The notes under the pieces are model-generated. The model did no database searches. It had not been told where the DNA came from and was given only the letters and a program-made list of their open reading frames with translations. Made by a program: the position numbers and the translations under genes. A stretch of 63,414 nucleotides of DNA, filler included, from Octopus bimaculoides (lineage: Eukaryota), in assembly GCF_001194135.2 (NCBI RefSeq). It is 6 parts of 6 records of this genome, joined end to end, with 100 filler letters (N's around TTAATTAATTAA, not from the genome) between each part and the next. Parts side by side here need not be neighbours in the genome. Positions count along the whole stretch, not along the records: positions 16,338 to 39,168 come from NC_068983.1; positions 39,269 to 48,815 come from NC_069000.1; 4 more parts are not named here. One strand, written 5' to 3'. Positions 27,626-40,340 of the stretch are shown here, piece by piece (positions within the stretch are counted from its first letter, which is position 1; each line of letters begins with the position of its first letter).

Positions 27626-27989
27626 AGGGAGATTTCAAATTAAATAAAACTGTATTTCTGAAACTAAGTATATCAAGATAAAAGAAAAAGGTAAAAAAAT
27701 ACACTTTGTTATATTAAATAATTATTTTGATTCAAGTTTTATTACATCATATTCATTGTTATATTTTGGGATGGTCATTCTTCTTTTTTTTTTTGTCAAA
27801 TTCATAAAGGCTTATGTTTATTACTTCTTGATTATTACAGTCATATTTTGAAAACAAAAATGTTATGTATTCCACTTGTAATACATTAGCCATTATATTA
27901 CAAATGGATTACCTAACATTGTTTTTTTTCCAAAATATGACTGTAATAATCAAGAAATAAACAAAAACATATGAATTTAGCAAAAAAAA

Positions 27990-29146
27990 AAAAAAATCAG
28001 AGAGATGTGAAGACAATACCAGGGGAGCTGCAGCACAGGTTGGTGGTTGCTGACTTGGATAAGAGGAAAGTTAAAACGCGTGTGAGAAAGGGAACAGTTG
28101 AGGGGAGAAAGGTGTGGAAACTGAAGGAAGAAGAAACAAGAGTAAGGTTTGAGGAGAGAGTTGGGGAGTTGGTAAGCATTCATGCACCAGATTTGTGGAA
28201 GTCTTTTAAAGAAGGGGCACTAAAGGTATGTGACAAAGTGTGTGGAAGGACGGAGGGTGGGAGAGATTGAGGAAATACGTGGTGGTGGAACAAGGAGGTG
28301 AGGGATGATAGCAAGGCAGGAGGCGCACAAAGCTTTATGTAATAATAGGACTGAGCAAATGAAAGCCAGGTATAATAAAATGAAGAATCAAGCAAAGGGG
28401 GCAGATGCGAGATCTATAAGGAAGGCGGTTGAGGAGAGATTGAGGGGGCTGGATGAGAACCCAGATAGGGTGTTTAGGTTTATTAAATCAATGAAAAATG
28501 ATGGAAGATGTATGAGGGAGAGTGATGGAAGGTTGAATTTTAGTGAGAAGGACAAGGGAAGAGTTTGGAAGGAGCATATGGAGGGAATTATGAATGAGGA
28601 AAATTAATGGGATCAGAGGGTGGAAGTTGCTGTGGTGAAGGGGCCAGTGGAGAAAGTTAGTCAGGAAGAAGTAATGGAGGCAATGAAGGAAATGAAAACA
28701 GGAATGGCAGCTGGTCCATCAGAAGTAAGTGTAGAAATGACAACTGCAAGCAGAGAGATAGGGATTGTTGTGATGATGGAACTCTGCCAGGGTGTGCTTG
28801 ATGGAAGAGGAATGCCAGATGATTGGGCACTAAGTGTAGTGGTACAGATCTTCAAGGGGAAGGGGGATGCAATGAGTTGTGGGGCATATAAGGGAGTGAA
28901 GTTATTGTAGCATGCAATGAAGATAGTGGAAAGGGTGTTGGAGAGAATTAGGAAAGGGGTGGATGCGGATGAGATGCAATTTGGTTTTATACCAGGAAGG
29001 GGGACAATAGATGTAGTGTTTATTGTAAGGAGATTGCAGGAGGAATACCTAGATGATGGGAAGGAGCTGTACATGTGCTTCATTTATCTGGAGAATGCAT
29101 TTGATAGGGTTCCAAAGAAGGTGATTGAGTGGGCATTGAGGAAGAA
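27990..29146 (+). mobile_element. RTE-clade LINE fragment (endonuclease end to RT N-half)
   Basis: QHRLVVADL, TWWWNKEV, KTGMAAGPS, PDDWALSVVVQIFKGKGD, QFGFIPGRGTIDVVFIVRRLQE, LENAFDRVP, with stops. Confidence 0.9.
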
Positions 29147-29150
29147 CTTA

Positions 29151-29455
29151 GAGCTTCCTTAGAGACTGCTAGAGTTAGGGAGTCTGTCAAAAGCTTTCTC
29201 CAAGCTGATGAAAGCCAAGTACAATGGTTTGCTTTTGGTTAGATATTTCTGCAGCTTTCTCACTAGGAAGATGGCATCTGTGGTATTCTTCCTAGGCATG
29301 AAACCAAACTGTATCTCATCTAGGTTAATTTTGTTCCTAAGTAGGCTGTAACTTTCATGACCTGGTCCAGCAATTTGATGCCTCTATAATTACTTCTATT
29401 TAAGGCATCACCTTTACCCTTATAGAAACTAACTATAATGCTACCACAGTCATTG
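29151..29455 (-). mobile_element. Second RTE RT fragment in opposite orientation
   Basis: Minus strand reads YKGKGDALNRSNYRGIKLLDQVMKV, QFGFMPRKNTTDAIFLVRKLQ, LEKAFDRLP. Confidence 0.8.
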
Positions 29456-30009
29456 GGGGTGATATCTTCTGGATAACCTGATTAACTATATGAGTGACTC
29501 AGCCAGATAAACAGTGAACAAAACTAATTAAATTAACAAACAAATTAAAAAACAACTTAATGATAAAAGATTTGGATTACTGTACTAATTTTGAGATAAA
29601 AACAAGCAACTTTCATGGACTAGTAAAACTTAATAAATCTGAAGGACTCCATAACAGATTAAAGGACTGCTTTACATAGGTCAGGTGAGGTGTAGGGGCA
29701 TGCATCATTGCAGCACATTACTGCAGTCACCATTTGTTCATATATTTCCAGTCCCACTCAATTCCCATCTCCACAATATGCTCTTTTAACTGTCGTGACC
29801 ATATGGCATATGGTTGACCAACATGAGTTGTCAACTCATTTAGATCCTCAGTGAAAGGAACATGGTAAACAGAGTCTTACTTAGAAAATCAAGCAATATA
29901 GGCAAACAATCTGATCCAAAATCATACAAATAACAGGATGCATTGCAGTTTTTGAGTAGAGTTGTTGGTTAGATACAAAATCTGACTGAGAAGGACAAGG
30001 AAGACCAGA

Positions 30010-30240
30010 GACCTAAATCTTTATCCTCCTGCATATATAGCAGCAGCACCAAACACCCTTGCCCAATGAATCTCCAACTGCACCAGCTTGTCCAAGTCGT
30101 TTTAGGACTTCAGACATGCAGCTAATGCCACTCTGAATCTCACTGCCAAGGTAAGTGAAGCAGTCAACAGCTTTGACATTCTCACCCACAACAAAGACAG
30201 ATGTAAAAATTCTCAAACTGTCTGATTTATAATTATGCCC
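30010..30240 (-). mobile_element. RTE LINE post-RT fragment
   Basis: VGENVKAVDCFTYLGSEIQSG..EVLKRLGQA matches the RTE FTYLGS region. Confidence 0.65.
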
Positions 30241-32329
30241 AACTGCTACAGGGTCAACATCAAACAACTTATTTGATCTTATTTTGAAACCATTTTGCAA
30301 ATTGATCTCTAGTTTAATCAGACATGACATGGACTTTTTAAATCATGTGCCACAAAGAGTAAATATTGAGATGATCCTCACATGTATTTGATGAGTATCT
30401 TATTATATAGACACCACTGCTAGTGTGCTTACACTCTCATGTATATGTATCCATACATATTCCCACACATTTATATACCTAAATACAAATATAGATACTC
30501 ATATGCACAAATATGTAAACTGATAATATATTTCAATATTTTGATATGTTCGTCCTTCTCATCCTTTTTTATCTGTCCCATGTAAGTTGAAATTTCTCTC
30601 TTTTGACCAGGATCTTTCATTGCTTCATTGATTTATTAAGATTATTTTCTGTTTTATTCAAACTGACTTTCAATTCACACACACACGCACACACACATGA
30701 GCATATTTCTTTTATAAAATCTTTACTTCAACAACTGATTAAAATAGAAAATTTCTATGACAATGTGATAAATATATTTGCCCTGAAAGATCAAAGAACT
30801 GAATTAATTTGTAAATGAGATGTGTAAATAATATTTTTTTGTACATCTTTTTTAAATTTTTAAGTGCATTAAAACAACCATCATGGAAATGTTACAAAAC
30901 TAATTTGGTTGTCTTAATTAATTTAAAAAATGAATCAGCTCAACCAACGCTTGAAATCTTGCATGCATTCATTTCAACTCTACACATTAATAACTGCATT
31001 GTTTCTTTTCAGGTAAACTGACATCTGACTGTTCAAAGAAGACTTCAAAAGTAACTACAGGGTGGTTGCTTGTATTTATTGCACACCCAACCTCAAAAGT
31101 CACTGCATGCTACTGAAAACTAACAAGTGATTATACAGACAAGAAGGTAATATTTTGAATGCAGTATAGCCATGGAAACAGCAGGGACTGTTCAGTGGCT
31201 GTCTATTGATAACTTTTTCCATCTTATAAGGATAATAATACCCGATCTTTCTGCTATTTTCACACCTATACTGCATTTGAAATATTACCTTTTTGTCTGT
31301 ATAATACGATACGCATTGATGCTTCTAAAAACAAAATAAAAAATTTGTTTGCATATGTTCTTGTAACAAGTGGTTATATATATGTATGTTCAAATTTACT
31401 CATTTGTATTTCCATTAGCCTTTATAAACATTCAGATATTTGTGGTTTCAAACCTAAAATTTATGCACTTTTACATATTCACATCCATATATACATTCAC
31501 TCACACACATCCAAATATCTATACACACACACACACTAATGTTTTTCTCCTACAGATTGACACATATATGTGCCTATTCCAACATACATGTACCTACACA
31601 GTAACTGTAAAATACACGTATAATAATTTTCAAATTTAACACAATATAAATGTTTGAATGTGTACAAATTATAATATTAATACAACTACACACAAATAGA
31701 GAAAGTCAGTCATGCACAAAGGAACGTTGTGTTCATAGACTGGATATTTCATAAGAGCTCTTCCCATATGGGTCTTAGAAATTGCATCAATACATACAAT
31801 GATTAAGATCCACAAGATACCATTGAGCATCAGATCAAATTTATATTCAGGCCCTAAGTAGCTGGTCCCATAGTAATTGAACAGTACTTTTGGAAAATTT
31901 TTCCATAGTGATGGTTACATCTTATAATGAGTTTATCAATTATATTTTCCTTACATAACAACATATGGATAGCTTCCACAACAAAATATGAGTGTGTGTT
32001 TAAGAATATATGCATGTGTAAATGACTAATTAAATATCTTTTTGCACAAATTTATTTAAATCATCAGAAACAATAAAAAGTTAGCCTTTTTGCTGTAATT
32101 GCCAGCACAGCATCCAGCCACTTCATTTATAAAAGGAAATATGGTAGGATACATACTTGTACTAATAAGCATGAATATGGTTTAGTATGAACAGAGCTAA
32201 TTATCTCATCAAATTCTTTCTGGTTCTTTTTCCTCCCTTTCTTCATGTCATTGACTTGAATGACTAAGATTAGTAGAAACCACCTGCTTTTAAAAGGAGA
32301 TGAGACTACCTATTGGCAAGATTGTCAAA

Positions 32330-33405
32330 TTTATCAGCATATTGCTCCGAGAGCATAGTTGTGAGAATAAGAATAGGCTGGGCTAAGTTCAGAGAGCTAC
32401 TACCTCAGTTGACAATAAAGGACCTCTTCCTCAGAGTGAAAGGCAGACTGTATGATGCCTGTGTGTGAACAGCTATGCTGCATGGCAGTGGAACATGGGC
32501 TGTGATTGCTGAGCATATGCATAAGCTTGAAAGTAGCAAGAGACCAGTTTATAACAGAAACATGGGCTGTGACTGCCAAGGACATGCACAGGCTTGAAAG
32601 AAATGAAGCCAGTATGCTTCGCTGGATGTGCAATGTCAGTGTGATGTACAACAGAGTGTAAGTGTCTTGAAAGGAAAGTTGAGCATCAGATGTGGTATGC
32701 AAGAGACAACTGCGCTGGTATAGTCATGTGGTGCTTATGGATAAGGACAGTTGTGTAAAGAAGTGCTGATCTCTAACTGTGAAGGGAACTTGTGGTAGAG
32801 GTAGCCCTAGGAAGACATGGAATGAGGTAGTGAAGCATGATCTTTGAATGTTGGGCCTCAAGGAGGCAATGACTTGTGACCAAGACCTATGGCAATATGC
32901 TGTGCTTGAGAAGACCTGTCAAGCCAAGTGAAGTTGTAGTCATGGCTGATGCTGGTGTCAAGTAACCGGCATCCATGCTGGTGACATGTAAAAAGCATCA
33001 TTTGAGTGTTGGACTTCACAGAGGCAATGTGGCTGATGCTGGTATCGTGTAACTAGCATCCATGCTGGTGGCACATAAAAGGCACTTCTTGAGCATTGGG
33101 CCTCATGGCAGAAATGATAAATGATTGAGACCCTTGGTGATATGCTGTGCTTGAGAAGACCCATCAAGCCAAATGAAATCATAGTTGTGGCAGATGCTGG
33201 TGTCACGCAACTAGCACCTGTGCCGGTGGCATGTAAAAGGACCCATTGCACTCTCGGAGAGGTTGGCATTAGAAAGGGTATCCAGCTATAGAAACTATGC
33301 CAAATTAGACTGGAGTCTGGTGCAGTGCCTCAGCTTACCAACCCTGGTCAAACTGTCCAATCCATGCATGGGTAAATAATGATGATGATGATGACGATGA
33401 TGCTT
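32330..33405 (+). mobile_element. RTE LINE 3' end with 3'UTR tandem units and (GAT)n tail
   Basis: RIRIGWAKFRELLP, GRLYDACV, QLRWYSHV, CGRGSPRKTWNEVVKHDL, then repeated 3'UTR units and a gatgatgat tail. A small internal duplication is at about 32500/32560. Confidence 0.85.
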
Positions 33406-33538
33406 GTCATTTGCAATGTTCTGATGAATCAATTCCCATATGGGAAAGATTATTTACACAGTGCATAAGACTAAATTAATAATTGCTGATGCAAGATTGT
33501 TTAAAATATGAATTGGTGAAACTATTGCAAACAATGTA

Positions 33539-36500
33539 TTAATCCTTTAGCATTCAGACTGGTCCACAAGATAATTTACCTCTAGAAGGTAATACCCTTC
33601 GATTATTATTTTTGATTTTATCAGACAGTTTTTTTCAAAACCATTACAAAGGAAACAAACAGATATGTCCAACAAATCATTTCTACATGTGGAAGACCAT
33701 TATGGCAACAAACTGACACAGCAGAAATCCAAGCTCTTTTTACCATAAACGCTATGTTTGAAGTAAAGCAGGTTCGTAGATTGTGGACCTGCTGGATTTC
33801 AGATATAAGTTATGGTGACCCTTATATACCTGGCATATCTTACAAAACCAGGTGTTTGAAGTTAATTCAATTTTACAATGATTCTTCTAATACTGCTGGC
33901 AGGAATGAGCCCAATTATGACCCTCAACATAAAGTGCATCAAATAATTGATTTACTCACTGAAAAGTATAAAACTCTATATCAACTGAGAAAAAATCTTA
34001 GTATCAATGACATCATGATAAGGTATAAGGGTAGAATATATTTTTGACAATACATGTCAGTTAAACCCACTAAATGGGGTATTAAGATACGAGAAGTCTG
34101 TGAATTGGATACAAGTTGTGTTAATTTTGATATCTGCACTGGGAAGAAATATAATGGAAATAGACAAAATGGATTGGGGTATGATGTTGTATGGTCTCTG
34201 ACTGAGCCCTTTCACCATCAATACCAACATCTGTTTTAACTGTTTTTTTCTTTGGTGGCTTTGGCAGAACATCTTGCCCTTGTAAATACTTTTATATGCA
34301 GTACTGTGATGAACAATCGCAAAGGGCTACTCCATGACATTAAAACTACCAACAAAAAAAAACAAAAACGGGACATTCTTCAGTTGCAAAAATGAAAATA
34401 TGCTAGCCTCCAAGGACTAAAGACAAATTTTATTTTTGCCTACCACAGTCAGATGTTGATGCTGAGGTGAAATCCACTGTAAATGTTTCATACAATAAGC
34501 ACATGAATTATGTCGATAAATCCAACCTGCACATACTACTGCTCAGTTGGATGTCCTGGAAACAAATGGAAGAGGTAAATTTTTTAAGTTTCAGTCAATT
34601 TAACTATTGTAAATTTATATTGTACTAGCAGTATAGCTTGGCGCTGCCCAGAAATAAGCTAGGATTATTAAGTGATCAAGTGCTTTATTTCAAACCAAAA
34701 TAAGTAACATCGACATCAGATTTGAGCAAAATCCGTTGAAATTGGTTTGGCTGAAAATGGTTTGCTGGCAATTTGATTGAGAAATCCCATAAGGAATCAG
34801 TTTATTGGTTATTTCCACTCATTGACTGTTTTTTTTTTTAAGTTGCATTAGAGATCTGCATAGGAGAAGGTTGAGCTGAAGGTTTGCATTGGGGATCTGG
34901 ATTGGAGTAACTTAGGAAAACTTACCAACAGCCTTAACCAAAAAATAAGGGGCCTGTCCCTTCTAGGTTAACCCTACACCCTAACCCTGACTCTAAAACC
35001 ATAATTCTAACACCAACCCTAATCCTAACCCTAACTCTAACCCTAATTCTAACCCTAAAACCCTAACCCTAACCTAGTGGAAATCGTGCGGGTGTTAATA
35101 CCAAACCCTTTTTGTGGTCCGAGAAACGGGTTGGGGTGTGGTGGAAGCCTCGGAAATTTTACCCATTTATATTGTGTAATTCACTGACAAATTGTTACAT
35201 ACCTCTTTGTTTCATTGTTGTTAAATAAATGGATTGTCAATAAACATCTTTCTTCGACGTGAAATATAAACAAAACTCTTTCGCTCCCAAAGTAGTATGT
35301 GTGTGTGTGTATGAAAGTGAGAGGGGGGAGAAAGATGAACGATTTAAAATAAATATAATTTAATTGTTGTGTGAGAAAGTATATATAATCTCATTATAAA
35401 ATATAGTGTCTTTCAAAAACATCTTATATTTGAAACTATATCTCATGTTTAAGAAAAAAAAAGCATTTTACACTTACTCTGTCTTCCTTACCTAACTTTT
35501 CTTTCATTAGACGCTTTCTGTCTCCCTCTCCCACTTTTTCTTTACTTTTTTTTGTTAGACGCTGGCAAACAATCTCTATCTCTCCCTCACTCCCCCTCTC
35601 ACACACACACACATACAACAACACACAATTTCTCTTTCTCCTTCACGCGCATACGCACACTTTCACTTTGCCATGTTAGCAAACTTCAAAATTGATAAAA
35701 GTTATGGTTGAAAATCAATTTTTACAGCCATACGTGGATGCCTCTGAGAGAGAAAAAGTTGACGAAATGCAGATAGGGTCATGACGAATGTCCTCCTAAA
35801 ATTGGAGCGACATGCGTGCTAATTTGTGGACGTGCATAAATTACATTCACTTACACACACACACATCCTGCCTTTTATATATACAGATATGTGAAAAGCC
35901 ACAAGGTACATCCATCACCAAAGGACTACTGCCTCAGTTGTGTGAGGGCTTTTCTTTCAGAAAGCACAAAAGAGAAAAACTGCTAGAGTATGAAACTGAA
36001 ACATCATTCATGTGTTTGTTTTGTAAAGTGCCATTGTATAAAGGGTGCTTTGAACAATTCCATGAGAGATAAAAATATATATTCCTTTCATTCAACTAGA
36101 AATAATGTATGTAAATAAGAAATATATATTAATTTTCAGTATATTACACACCTGTATTCATATGAACCTCACTTATTAATAAGTTATTTGTATTATTTTG
36201 TGAGACACATTCTATTATGTAAATATACTTAATAAAGTGAGTGCATTGCCAAAAGCATACTGACAATCAAAAGAATTTTTTATATTTTATTTTCAATAAA
36301 AATGTTTGAATGAAATAAAGAGAAAGAACACAACCCTGTACTAATTATACCTGTATTTTAAGTAATTCAAATTAGTGTACATGGTGGCCAAATTGTTGGA
36401 GATTGAGATCTGGTATAATTTTAGTCCCAAAACAAACAAGTAAGGTGCTTACAAGATTCAAATTTAGTGTTTATCCATAAAATATAGGGCTTTTATGTCT

Positions 36501-36684
36501 GTTAATTAATTTTACTTGCGCATAGAAATCATTGGTATTTAAGTACCCATTGGCAAAATTTCAAATTCGTATTTAACAAAGTTACAAACAAATATTATTG
36601 ATACCCTTCTTGAACCTAATTAATTCAAAATAATGTAAATATATAAACATTACATTTGACAGAATCTGAATACTAGAGGGTTAA
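33539..36684 (+). mobile_element. Degenerate piggyBac element with both ends and TTAA target duplication
   Basis: Left end TTAA-TCCTTTAGCATTCAGA; right end reverse complement TTAA-CCCTCTAGTATTCAGA. Internal stop-riddled transposase (NYDPQHKV, YMSVKPTKWGIK, GLGYDVVW) and Cys-rich tail CLFCKVPLYKGCFEQFH near 36020. Confidence 0.8.
34968..35076 (+). repeat. Degenerate interstitial (TAACCC)n telomere-like array
   Basis: ccctaaccct..aatcctaaccctaactctaaccctaattctaaccctaaaaccctaaccctaac. Confidence 0.75.
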
Positions 36685-37139
36685 AAGTAATATTGTTAAC
36701 CCAATTCTTTAATGTTTTTATTATACATACTACGGGTGCTTCATGGATTTTCTATTTAGAAGTGCATTATAAAGTAAATGCTTGTATTATATATCCCAAC
36801 CTACCTATTATATATAAATATATACACACACATATAGAATATATATGCACTGGTAAACATTAGATGCGACCAAAAGTAAAGGCTCAGTAGTACATTCCAC
36901 ACCCTACTCATGTATCTAGTGTGGTTAGATCAGAAGCATCAAACTACAGGATAGGTTAGTGTGTGGAATACAAGCAATATAAAAGTTTTAATAGAGAAAG
37001 CATATTTAGTATTTAAAGCTTTATAAAACACCTGTTTTGGTACATCAACTTAGAGGATTACACCACTGATCAGTGAAATTATAATAGAATATCAATTCAC
37101 ATCTAATGTATATATAATATACATATATATATAATACAT

Positions 37140-37250
37140 AACAACAGCCAGCTATTGCCAGTAAAGGTTTTGGATGCCAACTCTGTGCAAGACATTGTAG
37201 ATCTTTGGTTGGGCTAAAAAGTCACATTCGATCACAGCACCATTAAGTTA
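37140..37250 (+). mobile_element. Isolated RTE C-terminal C2H2 zinc-finger remnant
   Basis: FGCQLCARHCRSLVGLKSHIRSQHH* is homologous to CNVCKSLAGLKSHIRVSH at about 58800. Confidence 0.6.
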
Positions 37251-37299
37251 AGCTTTGTGCAATGGCCATACTCGATAACGAGGGGGCAGCCATCATATT

Positions 37300-38283
37300 G
37301 TTTTCTTTTCCGTTTGTTTTCCTGTCTTGTTTTCTGTCCGCCACTACATTGCTCCATGGTACAGTTTAATTTGTGTATACAAATTTAATTTATGATCCAT
37401 GGGAAGAGCCATTTTAACGATGCGTCCTGCCCTACTCTTCGAAACATCTGTGTTAGAATGGGGGTAGCTGATGAAGGAAAATGTTCTCTATGTGGCTTGT
37501 GTGTGTTCTGTACTCTGGTTACTATTATTTTTTTGTCTACGTTTTGTTTGCAATGTCTTGTACCCAGATATGCACCTATATATACAGGTAGATGTAAGTA
37601 TGCACATACCTGTACGTATATATGCATATACTCATTTATTATTTGTTATACATGATTGAACGCCTGCGTCATTCCCTGTAAGTAGTTTTGAACTTTTTAT
37701 TTTCTGACGCGACTCTATCTATCTCTATAACTTTTTCCCCCTCTCGTTCTTTCTTCTGTTACTACATATCTCTCTCTTTACCCCTCTCGTTATTCCTTCT
37801 GTTACTACTATATCTCTCTCTTTCTTCCTTCTGTTACTACTATATTTCTCTCTTCCTCTCTTTCTCTCGTTGCTCACCTATTTTCTACTTCCTCCCCTTG
37901 TTTCTCCCTCTACCACTCTCTCTTCCTTACCCCACGTGGTCACATGTATCCAGTTACTAATTCTTTTCTTCCTTGGCTTTCGCCAAGCAAACATACGAAC
38001 TTACTTCATCCCACTTCCAGTTCGTTGCTTCACAGCGTTCCACATACACATAATTTTTCACGTCTGGCCGTATAGCCTTTTCCGTTTGTTTTCCTGTCTT
38101 GTTTTCTGTCTGCCACTACATTGCTCCATGGTACAGTTTAATTTGTGTATACAAATTTAATTTATGATCCATGGGAAGAGCCATTTTAACGATGCGTCCT
38201 GCCCTACTCTTCGAAACGCCTGTGTTAGAATGGGGGTAGCTGATGAAGGAAAATGTTCTCTATGTGGCCTGTGTGTGTTCTGT
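37300..38283 (+). repeat. Two ~205-bp near-identical direct copies (about 37305-37512 and 38077-38283)
   Basis: Few substitutions between copies; the second runs into an N-gap. Confidence 0.85.
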
Positions 38284-38442
38284 NNNNNNNNNNNNNNNNN
38301 NNNNNNNNNNNNNNNNNNNNNNNNNNNNNNNNNNNNNNNNNNNNNNNNNNNNNNNNNNNNNNNNNNNNNNNNNNNNNNNNNNNNNNNNNNNNNNNNNNNN
38401 NNNNNNNNNNNNNNNNNNNNNNNNNNNNNNNNNNNNNNNNNN

Positions 38443-38473
<31 letters not shown>

Positions 38474-38779
38474 TAGGACGGGATTCTTTCAGTTTCCGTC
38501 TACCAAATCCACTCACAAGGCATTGGTTGACCTGAAGCTATACTAGAAGACACTTGCTCAAGGGGACATGCAGTGGGACTGAACCAGGAACCACGAGGTT
38601 CGTAAGCAAGCTACTTTATTTCATTAGCAATTTGCCATGAAGGCATTACAAAGAGGGGACGAACAAGGACAGACAAACATAAGGGGGAGTAGCTTAAACG
38701 TTTTTTTTACAAAAATAATATGATTAAAAATTAGTGTAAAAATTAGACACAAGAATCATTGCGTTTTGCAATGAGGCAG

Positions 38780-39168
38780 CTAGAAGGAAGGCACCCGACC
38801 ATCCTGGTAGAACCTTTGCTTCCCAAATTGACCTAACTTACTTGGTACCAATCGCACTCAACTTGCGTTCCACAGACTTCCATCATTTCGCAAACATATC
38901 CCGTGACAGGCACTTCCTCTCCAGCCTGATCTTACTACTGAGGTGGTAACTGAAAAAGTTAACCAACCCCTGGCCGGAGACAAAGGTACCTGTCACTATA
39001 CTTTTCACACGTGTCTTCCATACTGTTTCTTTCAGTATGGCTACTACGCAGAAAAAACAGGCCTTCCTTTCCCTGTTAAGGAAACGAGGTGGTACAGTCT
39101 CGATGATAGACTCAGCTGATAGCTGTACTCTTCCTATCACTGATAACAGTTGTTCTGCAAAAGCTATC
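38780..39168 (-). mobile_element. Tx1/L1-like LINE 3' end
   Basis: AFAEQLLSVIGRVQLSAESII...FFCVVAILKETVWKTR...GQGLVNFFSYHL..KIRLERKCL resembles the C-terminus of Tx1/L1 ORF2. Recognised from memory, not from a search. Confidence 0.55.
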
Positions 39169-39268
39169 NNNNNNNNNNNNNNNNNNNNNNNNNNNNNNNN
39201 NNNNNNNNNNNNTTAATTAATTAANNNNNNNNNNNNNNNNNNNNNNNNNNNNNNNNNNNNNNNNNNNN

Positions 39269-39312
<44 letters not shown>

Positions 39313-39584
39313 ATATCAGTGTGTGGTGGGGTGTATGTTTGTGTCTGTATTTTCTACTCATCACCGCTTCACAACCGGTGCTAGTGTGTTCATGTCTCGT
39401 AAATGTAACGGTTCGGCTACAGAGACCGATGGAATAAGTACCAGGTGTTTAAAAAAGAAGTACTGGGGTCGACGCATTCGACTAAAAATTATTCACGGCG
39501 GTGCTCCAGCATGGCCACAATCTGATGACTGAAACAGATAAAAGGTAAAAGATATGTATGTATGTGTACATTTGTGTATGTATG

Positions 39585-39850
39585 TGTGAAGGCTATTGGG
39601 CTCACAATCGCATGGTCATGCGTTCGAATCCCGGCGACGCGTTGTGTTTTTGAGCAAGACACTTTTATTTCACGTTGCTCCAGTCCACTCACCTGGCAAA
39701 AATAATTAGTACCTGCATTTCAAAGGGCCAGCTTTGTCACGTGTTTGTGGAGTGCTCAACCACTTGTACGTTAATCTCACGAGCAGGCTGATCCTGTGAT
39801 CGGATCGACTGAAATTCTTGTCGTTGCATCGATCACTGCTTCTGTGGCTA
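39585..39850 (+). mobile_element. SINE family C (tRNA-like head, tgagcaagacactt core)
   Basis: B-box gcgttcgaatcccg followed by ttgagcaagacactttt. A reverse relative lies at about 43500-43755. Confidence 0.6.
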
Positions 39851-39892
39851 ATTTAAGAAATGTTCATTATCATTATCATCATTATCATTATC

Positions 39893-39952
<60 letters not shown>

Positions 39953-39975
39953 CATCAGCATCATCATCATTATCA

Positions 39976-40340
39976 AGGCGGTGAGCTGGCTGAATCGTTA
40001 GCACGCCGGGCGAAATGCTCTGTCTGTTTTTACATTCTGAGTTCAAATTCCGCCGAGGTCGACTTTGCCTTTCATCCTTTCGGGGTCCATTAAATAATAA
40101 CCAGTTACGCACTGGGGTCGATGTAATCGACTTGATCCCTTCCCCCTGTAAAAAGGATTACTATTGTTATTATTATCAAGGCGATGAGCTGGCAGAACCG
40201 TTAGCATGCCAAGCGAAATGCTTAACTGAATTACGTCTATCTTCAAGTTCTGGGTTCAAATTTCGCCGAGTCGACTTTGCTTCTCATCCTTTCGGAGTCC
40301 ATTAATTAAGTACTAGTGAAATACTGGAGTCGATGTGATC
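39976..40340 (+). mobile_element. Two tandem copies of SINE family B
   Basis: Repeated ggcggtgagctggc..gttagcacgcc..gagttcaaattccgccgaggtcgactttgcctttcatcctttcggggtc, each preceded by an ATT/CAT microsatellite. Confidence 0.8.

Noticed and set aside
33419-33450. CTGATGA...GGGAAA hammerhead-like words
   Set aside because: The GAAA is sequestered in the hairpin, and no stem I or III can be formed.
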